The position numbers were made by a program, and so were the translations under genes. DNA of 60,272 nucleotides from the UHGV virus genome UHGV-0197990. One strand, 5' to 3'. Each line of letters opens with the position of its first letter. The stretch's first letter is position 1. Below, piece after piece: positions 17,997 through 26,588 of this stretch. This DNA is from a virus. The notes under the pieces are model-generated. The model had not been told where the DNA came from and did not search any database. It saw only the letters and a list, made by a program, of their open reading frames with translations.

Positions 17997-18770
17997 ATGG
18001 CAAAAGAGACAATTAAAGTAGAAACTATTTCATCTATGGAAGTAGCAAAGATGATTGAGAAAGACCATAAGAACTTGATGAGAGATATTGCAAAGTACAC
18101 TAAATATCTCGAAGAATCCAACAAAGATTTAGGACAGCTCAATTTTGAGCCGTCCTCATTGGATGGGAAATCTAACGAGCTCAAAATTGAGCCGGTTGAA
18201 AATTGCATTATTAATTTGAATGAATTCTGGATGAATTCTACATATTTAGACGGAAAAGGCGAACGCCGACCTTGCTTTAGCATCACAAAGAAAGGCTGTG
18301 AGTTCATTGCCCATAAGTGTACCGGGCAGAAAGGTGTAGTCTTCACAGCAAGATATATCAATAAATTCCATGAGCTTGAGGAAAAGGCAAACAAGAACAG
18401 ATTAATCCATGTGTCAGACAAGCCAGCTCCACGAGCAATTACATTTTACAAGAGAAATCTGTCTAGAATTGAATTGTTTGCTAAGATTGGCGAATTTACA
18501 AAGAGAGAAGCTATTGATGAACTGATTTCTTATGCATCGACTCGCTTTGATATGGAAGAAGCTACTATCCAATATATTGTTGATGTTGGTGAAAAGCCAC
18601 GATACAGACTGGATATATTTGATTACTTCCCAGAAATCGGGGAATTTGGCGAGGAATACCTCAAGTTCATGATTGATTTTAATCTTTCTTCATATGCGGA
18701 AAGGAGAAAAAAGAAAAATGGTAGTAAAGAAGCTAAAAGTAAAAGTCAGCGATATGAAAAGCACGATTAA
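17997..18770 (+). CDS. Rha-family phage regulatory protein (antirepressor-like)
   Basis: ISSMEVAKMIEKDHKNLMRDI matches the Rha N-terminus. ATG 17997 after GGAGGA. Confidence 0.7.
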   Translation: MAKETIKVETISSMEVAKMIEKDHKNLMRDIAKYTKYLEESNKDLGQLNFEPSSLDGKSNELKIEPVENCIINLNEFWMNSTYLDGKGERRPCFSITKKGCEFIAHKCTGQKGVVFTARYINKFHELEEKANKNRLIHVSDKPAPRAITFYKRNLSRIELFAKIGEFTKREAIDELISYASTRFDMEEATIQYIVDVGEKPRYRLDIFDYFPEIGEFGEEYLKFMIDFNLSSYAERRKKKNGSKEAKSKSQRYEKHD

Positions 18771-18969
18771 CAATATTGAAGAGAAAACACGCCCAATCAG
18801 CGACAGTGTGGTTACAGATTACTTTGCGGAAGACCTGTTCCCATTGATTGCGATTGCTGACAAAGTGGAGATGGGGAAGACAAAAGCACTGATTTACGCT
18901 TTTAAGCTCGGTTTTAGAGCCGGGAAGATGGAGTTAAAAGAAGAATTGCTGAACAATTTCTGCAAATAA
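18718..18969 (+). CDS. hypothetical protein
   Basis: ATG 18718 after AAAGGAGAAAAAAG. Overlaps the rha 3' end in another frame. Confidence 0.4.
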   Translation: MVVKKLKVKVSDMKSTINNIEEKTRPISDSVVTDYFAEDLFPLIAIADKVEMGKTKALIYAFKLGFRAGKMELKEELLNNFCK

Positions 18970-18975
18970 TCAAAG

Positions 18976-19008
18976 AGGGGAGATCATTTCTCCCCTTGTT
19001 TTTTCTTT
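18976..19008 (+). terminator. bidirectional rho-independent terminator
   Basis: GAGGGGAGAtcattTCTCCCC followed by TTGTTTTTT. Confidence 0.7.
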
Positions 19009-19154
19009 ATAAACCGCTTGATTTCAAGAATCATCTGCTCTCTGCCCTCATATCTGTGGATATCATCAACATCCCTGGAAGTGATCGCGGAGCCGATATC
19101 GCGAGTATTTTCCTTGAGACGTTTGTCCAGGTACTCTAAAATGTCCTCGTACAT
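18984..19154 (-). CDS. small hypothetical protein (56 aa) on minus strand
   Basis: Excellent RBS AAAAGGAG 8 nt before ATG (revcomp at 19154). Below the track cutoff. Reads into the terminator stem. Confidence 0.35.
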   Translation of the reverse strand: MYEDILEYLDKRLKENTRDIGSAITSRDVDDIHRYEGREQMILEIKRFIKKKQGEK

Positions 19155-19308
19155 GCCAATACTCCTTTTCTTTTTATCATAACATTTTTTGAAAACGGAG
19201 TAAAGTTCGCGGTTTTAGGGAAGAAATTTTGAGATTTTCAGAAAAAATTGGTGACAATTATCTAAATACCATTATATAAATACAATTAGATGCAAACTAT
19301 ATATGCAA

Positions 19309-19468
19309 GATATATATAAAAGATATATAGTAATGATATATAGTAAAGATATATATGATAGATATATAGTATGCATATATAGTGTTTATATATACCTTTT
19401 ATATATAGCTTGATATATAGCTTTTATATATGGTATTATATATAGCATTGATATATATAAAAGATATC
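19309..19468. repeat. iteron array, about 12 tandem copies of a 13-bp unit (GATATATAGnnnn)
   Basis: GATATATAG recurs at 19322, 19335, 19348, 19361, 19374, 19412 and later, with a strict 13-bp period. Directly upstream of an RHH gene. Confidence 0.75.
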
Positions 19469-19489
19469 GTTTAAAAAGGAGTGATTCCA

Positions 19490-20229
19490 TTGAAAAAATA
19501 CCAGAAAGACGCGCAAAACCGTTATAACTCAAAGTTTGATATTGTGCAAGCTAGATTACCGAAAGGAACGAAAGAGCGGATACAGAGCCTAGACTACACT
19601 ATAAACGCTTTTATCGTTGAAGCAGTAGAAACTATGCTTAAATCATTTGAAACGCCAACAGCCCCGATTTTAGAGCCTACAGAGAGCGTTTTGCAGATCG
19701 AAGAAGAGACGAAAGAGGTCGACCAGATGGCAGCAGTTGAAGTGATGCCATGGGAAGAGGGTTTTGTTGATCCTTTGTCTGAGTCAGAAGAGGAAAAGAA
19801 GAAAGAGAAATCTGCTAAATTCTTAGCTCGCAAATATGGGGAGCAAATCACTGACATTGTTATACAGAAAGACTTGATAAATACTTACAGCGTGGATATT
19901 TTGCAAAAGCGAAAGAATACGTTAAGCACCCGGAACTACTGGAAGAACCGGAACAGGAAAGCAAGCCAGAAGAAAAGGGCATTCAATCACTTGAGGAATT
20001 AAACGAAGAGCTTTCAAAGAAGAGAGCAGAAGACGCTGCTAAAATTTCCGAAGAAGAAGAACGCCGTCAAAATTACTGGAAGAATATACAAGAGTCAAAC
20101 AAAGCAGACATCGTGAACCATTTCAAAAGAATGCGAAACGGCTCTGAAATGACCGAAGAAGAGCGAAAGAAAGAAGCAGAACGGGAAGAATGGAAGAAAA
20201 AGAACAACAAGGAATTCGGCGTTTGATTC
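19490..20229 (+). pseudogene. RHH DNA-binding protein gene with an apparent -1 frame change (C-terminal half continues in another frame to 20229)
   Basis: N-terminus DIVQARLPKGTKERIQSL..INAFIVEAVETML is RHH. The frame starting at 19490 turns into a basic nonsense tail after about 19860. An overlapping frame, open 19855-20229, encodes a plausible acidic coiled-coil with no start codon. Confidence 0.4.
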
Positions 20230-20337
20230 TGTGGCTTCGCAGAATGCGCCTAGAATCGATTTGAATTGGTTTAGCCTATACTTTATTGATTGATAGTATA
20301 AAATGGATTTAAAAGGAAAATAGGAGGTGCATTGTAA

Positions 20338-20559
20338 ATGAATTTAAAAACACAAGCAGATGAAAACAAATACGTTGACGCTCTTAAAAAGTTAGTTGCC
20401 AAACAAAACAACAGGCCTTGTATGGAATGGCAATGTGGAGAATCATTAGTCAAAAGGTGCGACAAAGAGCCTTGCAAATGGTGCTGCTACTATGGTTGTT
20501 ATTGCTGTATTAATTTAGACAGATGCATTTCAAAAATATTAGGAGATGGAATAGAATAA
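20338..20559 (+). CDS. cysteine-rich small protein (11 Cys in the C-terminal 40 aa) with 27-aa N-terminal leader-like region
   Basis: RBS AGGAGGTG. CMEWQCGESLVKRCDKEPCKWCCYYGCYCCINLDRC. Confidence 0.5.
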   Translation: MNLKTQADENKYVDALKKLVAKQNNRPCMEWQCGESLVKRCDKEPCKWCCYYGCYCCINLDRCISKILGDGIE

Positions 20560-20588
20560 TTCTGATTAAATCACTGTTTATTGGAAAG

Positions 20589-20615
20589 AAAAAAGATCCG
20601 GGAATTTCTCCCGGT
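20589..20615 (-). terminator. terminator for the minus-strand operon (bidirectional hairpin)
   Basis: CCGGGAatttCTCCCGG with A6 on plus strand, i.e. T6 on minus. Confidence 0.6.
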
Positions 20616-20620
20616 TCTCC

Positions 20621-21382
20621 TTATATTCCGAATAATCTATCAAAGAATCCTTTCTTTTTCGGTGGGCGCTGCTGCATCCAGTGATTAATCAAACGCCATG
20701 TTTCGCCCTTGTCATACATCGGAACAACTATTTTTTTTACTCCGCTATCTGGATTCATGTAATATGCCTGCCCATAGCGCGGTAAATCCTCGCAACCGTT
20801 AAAGCCTAGTATATTTCTGCTGTCCTGCGCTGACCTTGTACGCAGTCCCACACGGGCATCAAAGTTGACCTTGATTTCTGTTGGAATTACCTTTGCAATC
20901 GGACACTGAGTTGCACAAATTAGATGAACACCGGCGGCGCGTCCTACTTGTGCGATACGTTGGATCAGTGGCATGACTTGTTTTTTGTTCGTGGTCATTA
21001 AGTCCGCTAACTCGTCAATAATTACATATAGCTGCGCTCCATGGTATTTCTTCTCGTGTGCTCTCTGCATCTGTGTATATCTCATTTCAATGATATTCAT
21101 AGCCATCTGCAATCCTCTGACCATCTCAGCCGGTTCGGATGCGTAGAACGCCGTATGAGGAAGATATCTATAGTCTACGAGTTCCACCCTCTTCGGGTCG
21201 ATAAGAATGAACTGTACTTGTGACGGTGCCTCAAACAGTGCAGTTGTGATAATCCCATTAATTACAACCGATTTTCCTGATCCAGTAGCTCCAGCCACTA
21301 ACAAGTGTGGCTGCTCCATCATGTTCTCATATTTGACAAAACTCTTTCCCTCTGGTGTGATCCAATTTCTCTGTGCTTTCAT
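20621..21382 (-). CDS. short FtsK/SpoIIIE-family ATPase
   Basis: 253 aa. Walker A LLVAGATGSGKS, Walker B IIDELADL. RBS AAGGAG. Confidence 0.8.
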   Translation of the reverse strand: MKAQRNWITPEGKSFVKYENMMEQPHLLVAGATGSGKSVVINGIITTALFEAPSQVQFILIDPKRVELVDYRYLPHTAFYASEPAEMVRGLQMAMNIIEMRYTQMQRAHEKKYHGAQLYVIIDELADLMTTNKKQVMPLIQRIAQVGRAAGVHLICATQCPIAKVIPTEIKVNFDARVGLRTRSAQDSRNILGFNGCEDLPRYGQAYYMNPDSGVKKIVVPMYDKGETWRLINHWMQQRPPKKKGFFDRLFGI

Positions 21383-21470
21383 TGTTTTTTTCTCCTTTTC
21401 TATTTCCTGTTATTTGTATTCGTGAAACTCTCCACTCTATGCAATAGATTAATATCTTCCGGCTCAGTTC

Positions 21471-21653
21471 CTAGCTCTGCAATTCTTCGACACGTTCACA
21501 GAGTGCAATAAGTGCATCTTTGAGTGTTGCGCCTTCTTCCATCTGTTCAAGTTCTGCGGCAAGCTCTGCGACTGTCTCCTGGCGTTCTTCTTCGTTGTCG
21601 TATCCGTCAGACAATAAGTTAAAAATTAATTCCGCGATATCTCTATTTTTCAT
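21471..21653 (-). CDS. acidic hypothetical protein
   Basis: 60 aa. RBS GGAGGAC. Confidence 0.45.
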   Translation of the reverse strand: MKNRDIAELIFNLLSDGYDNEEERQETVAELAAELEQMEEGATLKDALIALCERVEELQS

Positions 21654-21674
21654 TTTCTCAAGTCCTCCGTTTTT

Positions 21675-21878
21675 CTAGTCCAATGCCTTGTCGATCGCTT
21701 CTGCTAAATGTGGGAACGCTTCTTGTACTTCCTGCATTGTGTCCGCTGTAAAGTCTCCGATTGTTTTCCCGTCCTTGTAAACATTGCCATGATAAACGCA
21801 ATCTAAATCGCTAAAGCTCCAATCTATTCCGGTTATTTCTTTTGGGTTGTTCTTGTACCACATATCAATACTAATCAT
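21675..21878 (-). CDS. hypothetical protein
   Basis: 67 aa. RBS AGGAGG. Confidence 0.45.
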   Translation of the reverse strand: MISIDMWYKNNPKEITGIDWSFSDLDCVYHGNVYKDGKTIGDFTADTMQEVQEAFPHLAEAIDKALD

Positions 21879-21935
21879 GCTATTTTCCTCCTAATCTGCT
21901 CAAGACTTCCGGGGATTGCTCCCCGGTTGTTCTAT

Positions 21936-22343
21936 CTATTTGCGTGCGCCTTTCTCAAGTTCTCTGTAAAGAAGGCTGCAAGCTAATTTCTCGGCTTTGT
22001 CCTCTGTGTATCTTGCCTTTTCTTCCTCTGTCTCTTCGAGGATGTTTCCAAGAAAGTCAATCGCTGATCTAAGAAAAATATCATCAGCAACAGGAAATGC
22101 TGTTGGAAGTCCCTGCATCCAGTCCATGAACATTTCACTTTTACTTGCTCTGCCTGCGATGTAATAACGGTTATTTTCTAACTTTTCAATTCTGAATTCC
22201 TCCAAGATGTCTGCGCAGATCTCGTTAAAATCTGTCTTTGCTTCTCTGCCTTCGAATGTGTAATATTCGTTTGCAGCCTCGTAGCTGTCCATTATCTCTT
22301 TTCTGATGTTCTCCATTGCTTTTCTGCTGTTTGTTCTTAACAT
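21936..22343 (-). CDS. hypothetical protein
   Basis: 135 aa. First gene of the minus-strand operon. Confidence 0.45.
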   Translation of the reverse strand: MLRTNSRKAMENIRKEIMDSYEAANEYYTFEGREAKTDFNEICADILEEFRIEKLENNRYYIAGRASKSEMFMDWMQGLPTAFPVADDIFLRSAIDFLGNILEETEEEKARYTEDKAEKLACSLLYRELEKGARK

Positions 22344-22576
22344 TGCTTTTTTCCTTTGCTCCTGTTATAATAGAGCTACCTTTCTTTTTTGATTGGTGCC
22401 GGTTCGCTTGTGGTTGGGTGCGCCGGCTTTTTTTATTTTTTGCGACTGCCTCAGGTTTTGCAATTAATCAGATCGCTTGCTTATGTCCTCATTGTATTGA
22501 GTGGTTCAGGGCGTCCGGTTGTTTGTCCTGTGTGGCTGTTGCTGTATCTCGTTTACAGTTATTATAATACACAATA

Positions 22577-22976
22577 TTAGGCACAAATGCAATAGGCATA
22601 TTATACAAATATTAAGCACAAATACAACAGCGTTTTTGTCTATTATTTATTAAGCACAAATAAGCATTGAAAATAAGGCGTTAATATACTATAATGAAAG
22701 AAAACAGGAAGGGAGATAGAAAGATGCCAGAATATACAGAGAAGCAGAAAGAACAACGTAGAAAAGCAGTTGCGGAATATATGAAAACAGTTGATCGTGT
22801 TAATTGTCAGTTTCCACTAGGAACGAAAGAAAGAATAAAAGAGCTTACCGGGAAAAGCTGCAACGCCTTTATAAAAGAAACAATATTAAAAGAACTGGAT
22901 AAAATAGAAAGAAAGAAAGTTAAAACAAATTAAGCACAAATATTTACATTATTATATATTGACATTAGGCACAAAT
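22577..22976. promoter_or_regulatory. operator set: five 12-mers TTARGCACAAAT at 22577, 22613, 22650, 22930 and 22965, flanking RHH gene 22724-22933. Consensus promoter TTGACA-17-TATAAT at 22959-22987 with an operator in the spacer
   Basis: Exact or near-exact 12-mers, direct orientation, paired at 35-37 bp spacing. Confidence 0.6.
22724..22933 (+). CDS. ribbon-helix-helix DNA-binding protein (paralog of the 19490 RHH)
   Basis: VNCQFPLGTKERIKELTGKSCNAFIKETILKEL parallels IVQARLPKGTKERIQSLDYTINAFIVEAVETML. ATG 22724 after GGAAGGGAG. Tracked ATG 22694 sits in the -10 box. Confidence 0.55.
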   Translation: MPEYTEKQKEQRRKAVAEYMKTVDRVNCQFPLGTKERIKELTGKSCNAFIKETILKELDKIERKKVKTN

Positions 22977-23042
22977 AAATATATAATAATACTTGTGAGA
23001 GATACTTACGAGTTGCCGTGGCAAGCGGAGAAAGGAGAAAAC

Positions 23043-23198
23043 ATGGACGTTATGAACGAGAAAGAGAGAAAAGACGCAAGAACAGCGATGATCTATGAAA
23101 TTCGACTGCTGATTGATGCAGACACAAAGGAAACGTACACAAAAGAGGAGATTCTCAAGCTTCTGGATACAGTAGCAAGGACAAAGGAAAACGACTAA
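23043..23198 (+). CDS. small hypothetical protein (51 aa)
   Basis: ATG 23043 after AAAGGAGAAAAC. Downstream of a consensus promoter. Confidence 0.4.
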   Translation: MDVMNEKERKDARTAMIYEIRLLIDADTKETYTKEEILKLLDTVARTKEND

Positions 23199-23291
23199 AA
23201 AAGAGCCGCACAAAGCGACTCAGACACACAAGAGAGGGCGGAACTTGCCACCGCTCTCCAGTAAAGAAAATCATAACACATCACAGCAAAA

Positions 23292-23330
23292 AGAGCAAGA
23301 AATGGTCATTCATGCTCTATTTTTTTTAAA
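23292..23330 (+). terminator. rho-independent terminator
   Basis: AGAGCA...TGCTCT stem followed by T8. Confidence 0.55.
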
Positions 23331-23751
23331 ATACTTGTTAGTTCAAACTAACAGAGCAAGTAGGGTTACAAAACTGTTAACAAATTGTTACGATAAATAT
23401 TTAACAAATGCCAACTAAGCCAGTAAACACAAGGGCAAACAGGGATTTTATAAATGTTACGCTGTGCAAATTATTATGCTATTTGTATACAGATTGGATA
23501 CAGAATGGATACAGGAGAAAAAAGATAGAAAACGAGAAAGAAAAAAAGAAAGAAGCAAAGAAATAAAAGAAAGAGTTAAAAGACAGAAATAAAGAGAGAT
23601 ATATACCCGACTTTCGCCGTCGAAAACAAACGCCCAGGAACGAACGCAGACCAAAAACCGATTGAAAACACGGACGCACACACCTTGATAAAAATTTAAA
23701 ATTAATTTATTCGACACTATTGCAAACAGATTTTCGTTGTGTTATAATGGC

Positions 23752-23884
23752 ATCAGCGACAAGAAATCCGTGAAAGCCGAATGGGAGCTGGATCGAAAAG
23801 AGCTAGGAATCGTCAGCCTAGGCATATCGAGAAAATAACAGACAATGAGCTGTTCAATATCTCGGTGTGTCTAGGCTTTTTTGT
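23752..23884 (+). ncRNA. structured RNA copy 2 (paralog of 15398-15530), directly upstream of gene 23920
   Basis: Promoter TTGCAA-17-TATAAT (23720-23748). Same conserved core as copy 1. Compensatory changes in hairpin CTAGG/CCTAG and in terminator GCCTAGGCA...TGTCTAGGC followed by T6. Confidence 0.55.
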
Positions 23885-23919
23885 TTATAGATTATTTGAC
23901 AGTGCGGAGGTGAGAAACA

Positions 23920-24606
23920 ATGGCTAAGAGAAGAACACAGAAAACAGAGAGAGTAGGAGCTGAGACAGTGAACAGTGTTGAAAGTGTTGAAGTTGATCCA
24001 GTCAACCTCAGAGCCTTAGTCGATGACGTGATCACTGATTACTGCATTAGAGATGATCTTGACGAATCAGACATTCCACCACAGATCTGGAATGACATCA
24101 TCGAAGAGATCAGAATAACACTGTTCGAGAAGAACGGCAATCTGCTCTGGATCAATGGCAGCATTGGCGGAACCTATGACGATGAGAAAGTCATGAATGC
24201 CTATAAGATTTACAAGAGAATCTGCAATAGACACTGCCAAGTCGTAAATATCAAAGGGTTCTCGGATATGTCTGGGATAGACAAACAAACACTATATAAC
24301 TGGGATAAAGACAGTAGATATAACAGTAAATATAATCCTAGTAATAGTGGTGGTAATAGTAATAGACTAAGTAAAAAATATTTCGATTTGCGCAAGAAAA
24401 TCATGGACGATAACGAGCAATCACTGGAGTCAATGTTACAGGATAAGCGTATAAATCCTATGAAGGTGTTACCGTCACTTAACAGGCACCACATGTGGAA
24501 CCTTCCAGGCGTTAGCCGTGAGAAAGTGGAGGCAAGACCACTGACCGCAGACCAATTGCCACAGCTGGGACAGGATCTGACGCCACAGATCGAGGAAAAC
24601 GATTGA
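23920..24606 (+). CDS. hypothetical protein
   Basis: 228 aa. RBS GGAGGTGAG. Confidence 0.55.
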   Translation: MAKRRTQKTERVGAETVNSVESVEVDPVNLRALVDDVITDYCIRDDLDESDIPPQIWNDIIEEIRITLFEKNGNLLWINGSIGGTYDDEKVMNAYKIYKRICNRHCQVVNIKGFSDMSGIDKQTLYNWDKDSRYNSKYNPSNSGGNSNRLSKKYFDLRKKIMDDNEQSLESMLQDKRINPMKVLPSLNRHHMWNLPGVSREKVEARPLTADQLPQLGQDLTPQIEEND

Positions 24607-24864
24607 TATTTTTTAAGATTTGAGAACGGAAAAACTAATGGTTAAAATAAATCATTGACTTTGCAGTGATTTTAAACATGAATCCATGGAAAACAGTGAT
24701 CTTTATCGAACAAATATAGATTTATCCAATAGATTCATATGTTCGGAACAAATGTTCGACACGCTGACCGTATGGGGAGGGGGTTAAAACAGCTTTGAAA
24801 AATCGGCTTACTAAGTCCCAAATTTTAACTCAAAAACAAAAAGACCCTATGGAGGAGACGAAAC

Positions 24865-25092
24865 ATGAACAAAGACAAACCTGAAAATCTGAAAGATATA
24901 TTCGGTTTTAGTGACCTGAAAAAAGTTAATCCAATCTACAGCGTTGAATTAATAGATTGCGGATTCGTGATTATTGAAGCATCGAGCAGCAAGGTGGATA
25001 CAGAAAATGGGATAGTCACTTTTCAATCCGGAGATTCGGTCAATGCTATGTTCAGACTTAAAGATGTAAAAGAGTTCTGTAGGATTTACTAA
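24865..25092 (+). CDS. hypothetical protein
   Basis: 75 aa. RBS GGAGGAG. Confidence 0.45.
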   Translation: MNKDKPENLKDIFGFSDLKKVNPIYSVELIDCGFVIIEASSSKVDTENGIVTFQSGDSVNAMFRLKDVKEFCRIY

Positions 25093-25110
25093 GAAAAAGG
25101 AGCAAGGATT

Positions 25111-25338
25111 ATGTTGATTAAAATTACATTGGTTGCAATTGTTATATGCATAGCGTTGTTGATAATCTCAAGAATGTATTTCAGAACACTCAGCACTAGC
25201 GGAAAATTAAGATTTGTAGCCGGAATTAATTACAGAAAAGGCGAAAAGCTATTTTTGATTGTTACGGGAATAACATACATCGTTACTTTTGCTTTAGTTA
25301 TTGCATCTGTTATTTATTTGATTTTCAGATACGTGTAA
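25111..25338 (+). CDS. small membrane protein (2 TM)
   Basis: 75 aa. RBS AAAGGAG. Confidence 0.45.
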   Translation: MLIKITLVAIVICIALLIISRMYFRTLSTSGKLRFVAGINYRKGEKLFLIVTGITYIVTFALVIASVIYLIFRYV

Positions 25339-25413
25339 AGGAGTCTAACATGAGCAAAGAAGGAAAAAGAACATGATTTACAGAGATGTGAAAGCACTTT
25401 GGAGGGTTGTCTG

Positions 25414-25599
25414 ATGATTGATAAAGAAACGCAAAAAGCTGTTGATATGTTTTATAGCATTTATTTTGAGTTTTACAAGAAATGCCGAGATCGGAATACT
25501 GCAATTCAGCTGACATGTGCATTATGCGGTGTGAAAGTGCCTGAATTAGAAACATTTTCGTTTTTGTTTGGGAATAGTGGACGCAAGAGGAATGAATGA
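25414..25599 (+). CDS. hypothetical small protein
   Basis: ATG 25414 after GGAGGG. Confidence 0.35.
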   Translation: MIDKETQKAVDMFYSIYFEFYKKCRDRNTAIQLTCALCGVKVPELETFSFLFGNSGRKRNE

Positions 25600-25860
25600 T
25601 GGGCGAGAAAGATAAGAGAAGATAGCTTGATTGTCTTTGAACATGGAAAAGAAATCAGAGCGATTGTCAATAGCAAAGATATCAAGTACATCCTGAGAAT
25701 TGAGTAGGAGAGAATATATGCTGAAAATAATTCAACGCCTGTTCTGCCGACACGATCACGTGGTGCATGACCATTCAGATCTTGTTCGACAGGAAGACGG
25801 AAGTTTCAAGACAAAACATTATTGACGGTGTAAGAGCTGCGGAAAGGTGATATCAGGAAA

Positions 25861-26232
25861 ATGATTGCAAAGAAAGATTTAAAAGGATTGAGTAAACGGG
25901 AACTGAAAGAGATGCTGTGTTTGGCAAGTCAGTGGTGCGAAGAGTGCGGACTTGTTCTTGAGTTCAGAGACTGTTCGATGGAATTTGCCGGACAGGAAAT
26001 CGATGCAGATGCATTCGGAGAAGATATCGAATCTCTTGAGGATGAAACACTTCCATTCTCGTTTGACCCATATGAGGATTGCGACAGATCAGACCTAATT
26101 CGTGAAATCGATATTGCAGAAGAGAAGAACAGATATCTCGAAATAGACAATGAAGACTTGAAGACAGCAATTAGAGTTCTGGTTGATTTGTACGCTGGAG
26201 AAAGAAGATTCCTGGGCGATTCGTATGAATGA
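25861..26232 (+). CDS. hypothetical acidic protein
   Basis: 123-aa ORF. Confidence 0.45.
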   Translation: MIAKKDLKGLSKRELKEMLCLASQWCEECGLVLEFRDCSMEFAGQEIDADAFGEDIESLEDETLPFSFDPYEDCDRSDLIREIDIAEEKNRYLEIDNEDLKTAIRVLVDLYAGERRFLGDSYE

Positions 26233-26422
26233 TATCGGGTTCAAGGAACAGATTCTTCAGACATCATGTGAAGTTGTCAAAAGTGAGCTGATGAAACACG
26301 AAGAATTCTATGATGCGTTTGTCTCATCTGTTGAATCGGCACTGCATGAGATACCTGAGGTTTGCGAAAAGGCATCTGATATCGCTGAAAGAATCACGAA
26401 ACGTATTTCCGGGGAGGAATGA
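26225..26422 (+). CDS. hypothetical small protein
   Basis: ATG 26225 overlaps the upstream stop. Confidence 0.35.
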   Translation: MNDIGFKEQILQTSCEVVKSELMKHEEFYDAFVSSVESALHEIPEVCEKASDIAERITKRISGEE

Positions 26423-26423
26423 C

Positions 26424-26588
26424 ATGAGAATTGCCGGGAAAGAAATCAACGATGAATGTGTTCACTGCGGAGAGATTCTTGAATGCGAACTTTTCAAACA
26501 GGGACACGGAATCAGACAAGAAAGAATGAATGTGGTGCAAATGATTTCTTGTCAGATGAAGCACAGGGAGAAGAGAAATGCTGAGTAG
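26424..26588 (+). CDS. hypothetical small Cys/His protein
   Basis: ATG 26424 after GGGGAGGAA. Confidence 0.35.
   Translation: MRIAGKEINDECVHCGEILECELFKQGHGIRQERMNVVQMISCQMKHREKRNAE

Noticed and set aside
19309-19468. Possible CRISPR array
   Set aside because: Repeat unit is only 13 bp with no unique spacers of spacer-like length and no cas genes. It is an iteron array.
22402-22440. GC-rich hairpin followed by a T-run on the plus strand in the minus-operon promoter region
   Set aside because: It could be an insulator terminator, but the stem is weak (5-6 bp with a 19-nt loop) and no plus-strand gene ends upstream. Left unannotated.
23457-23717. Minus-strand ORFs (86 and 66 aa) rich in Phe/Ser/Leu
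   Set aside because: They are the translation of the pyrimidine strand opposite a 100-nt polypurine tract, with low complexity and no RBS.
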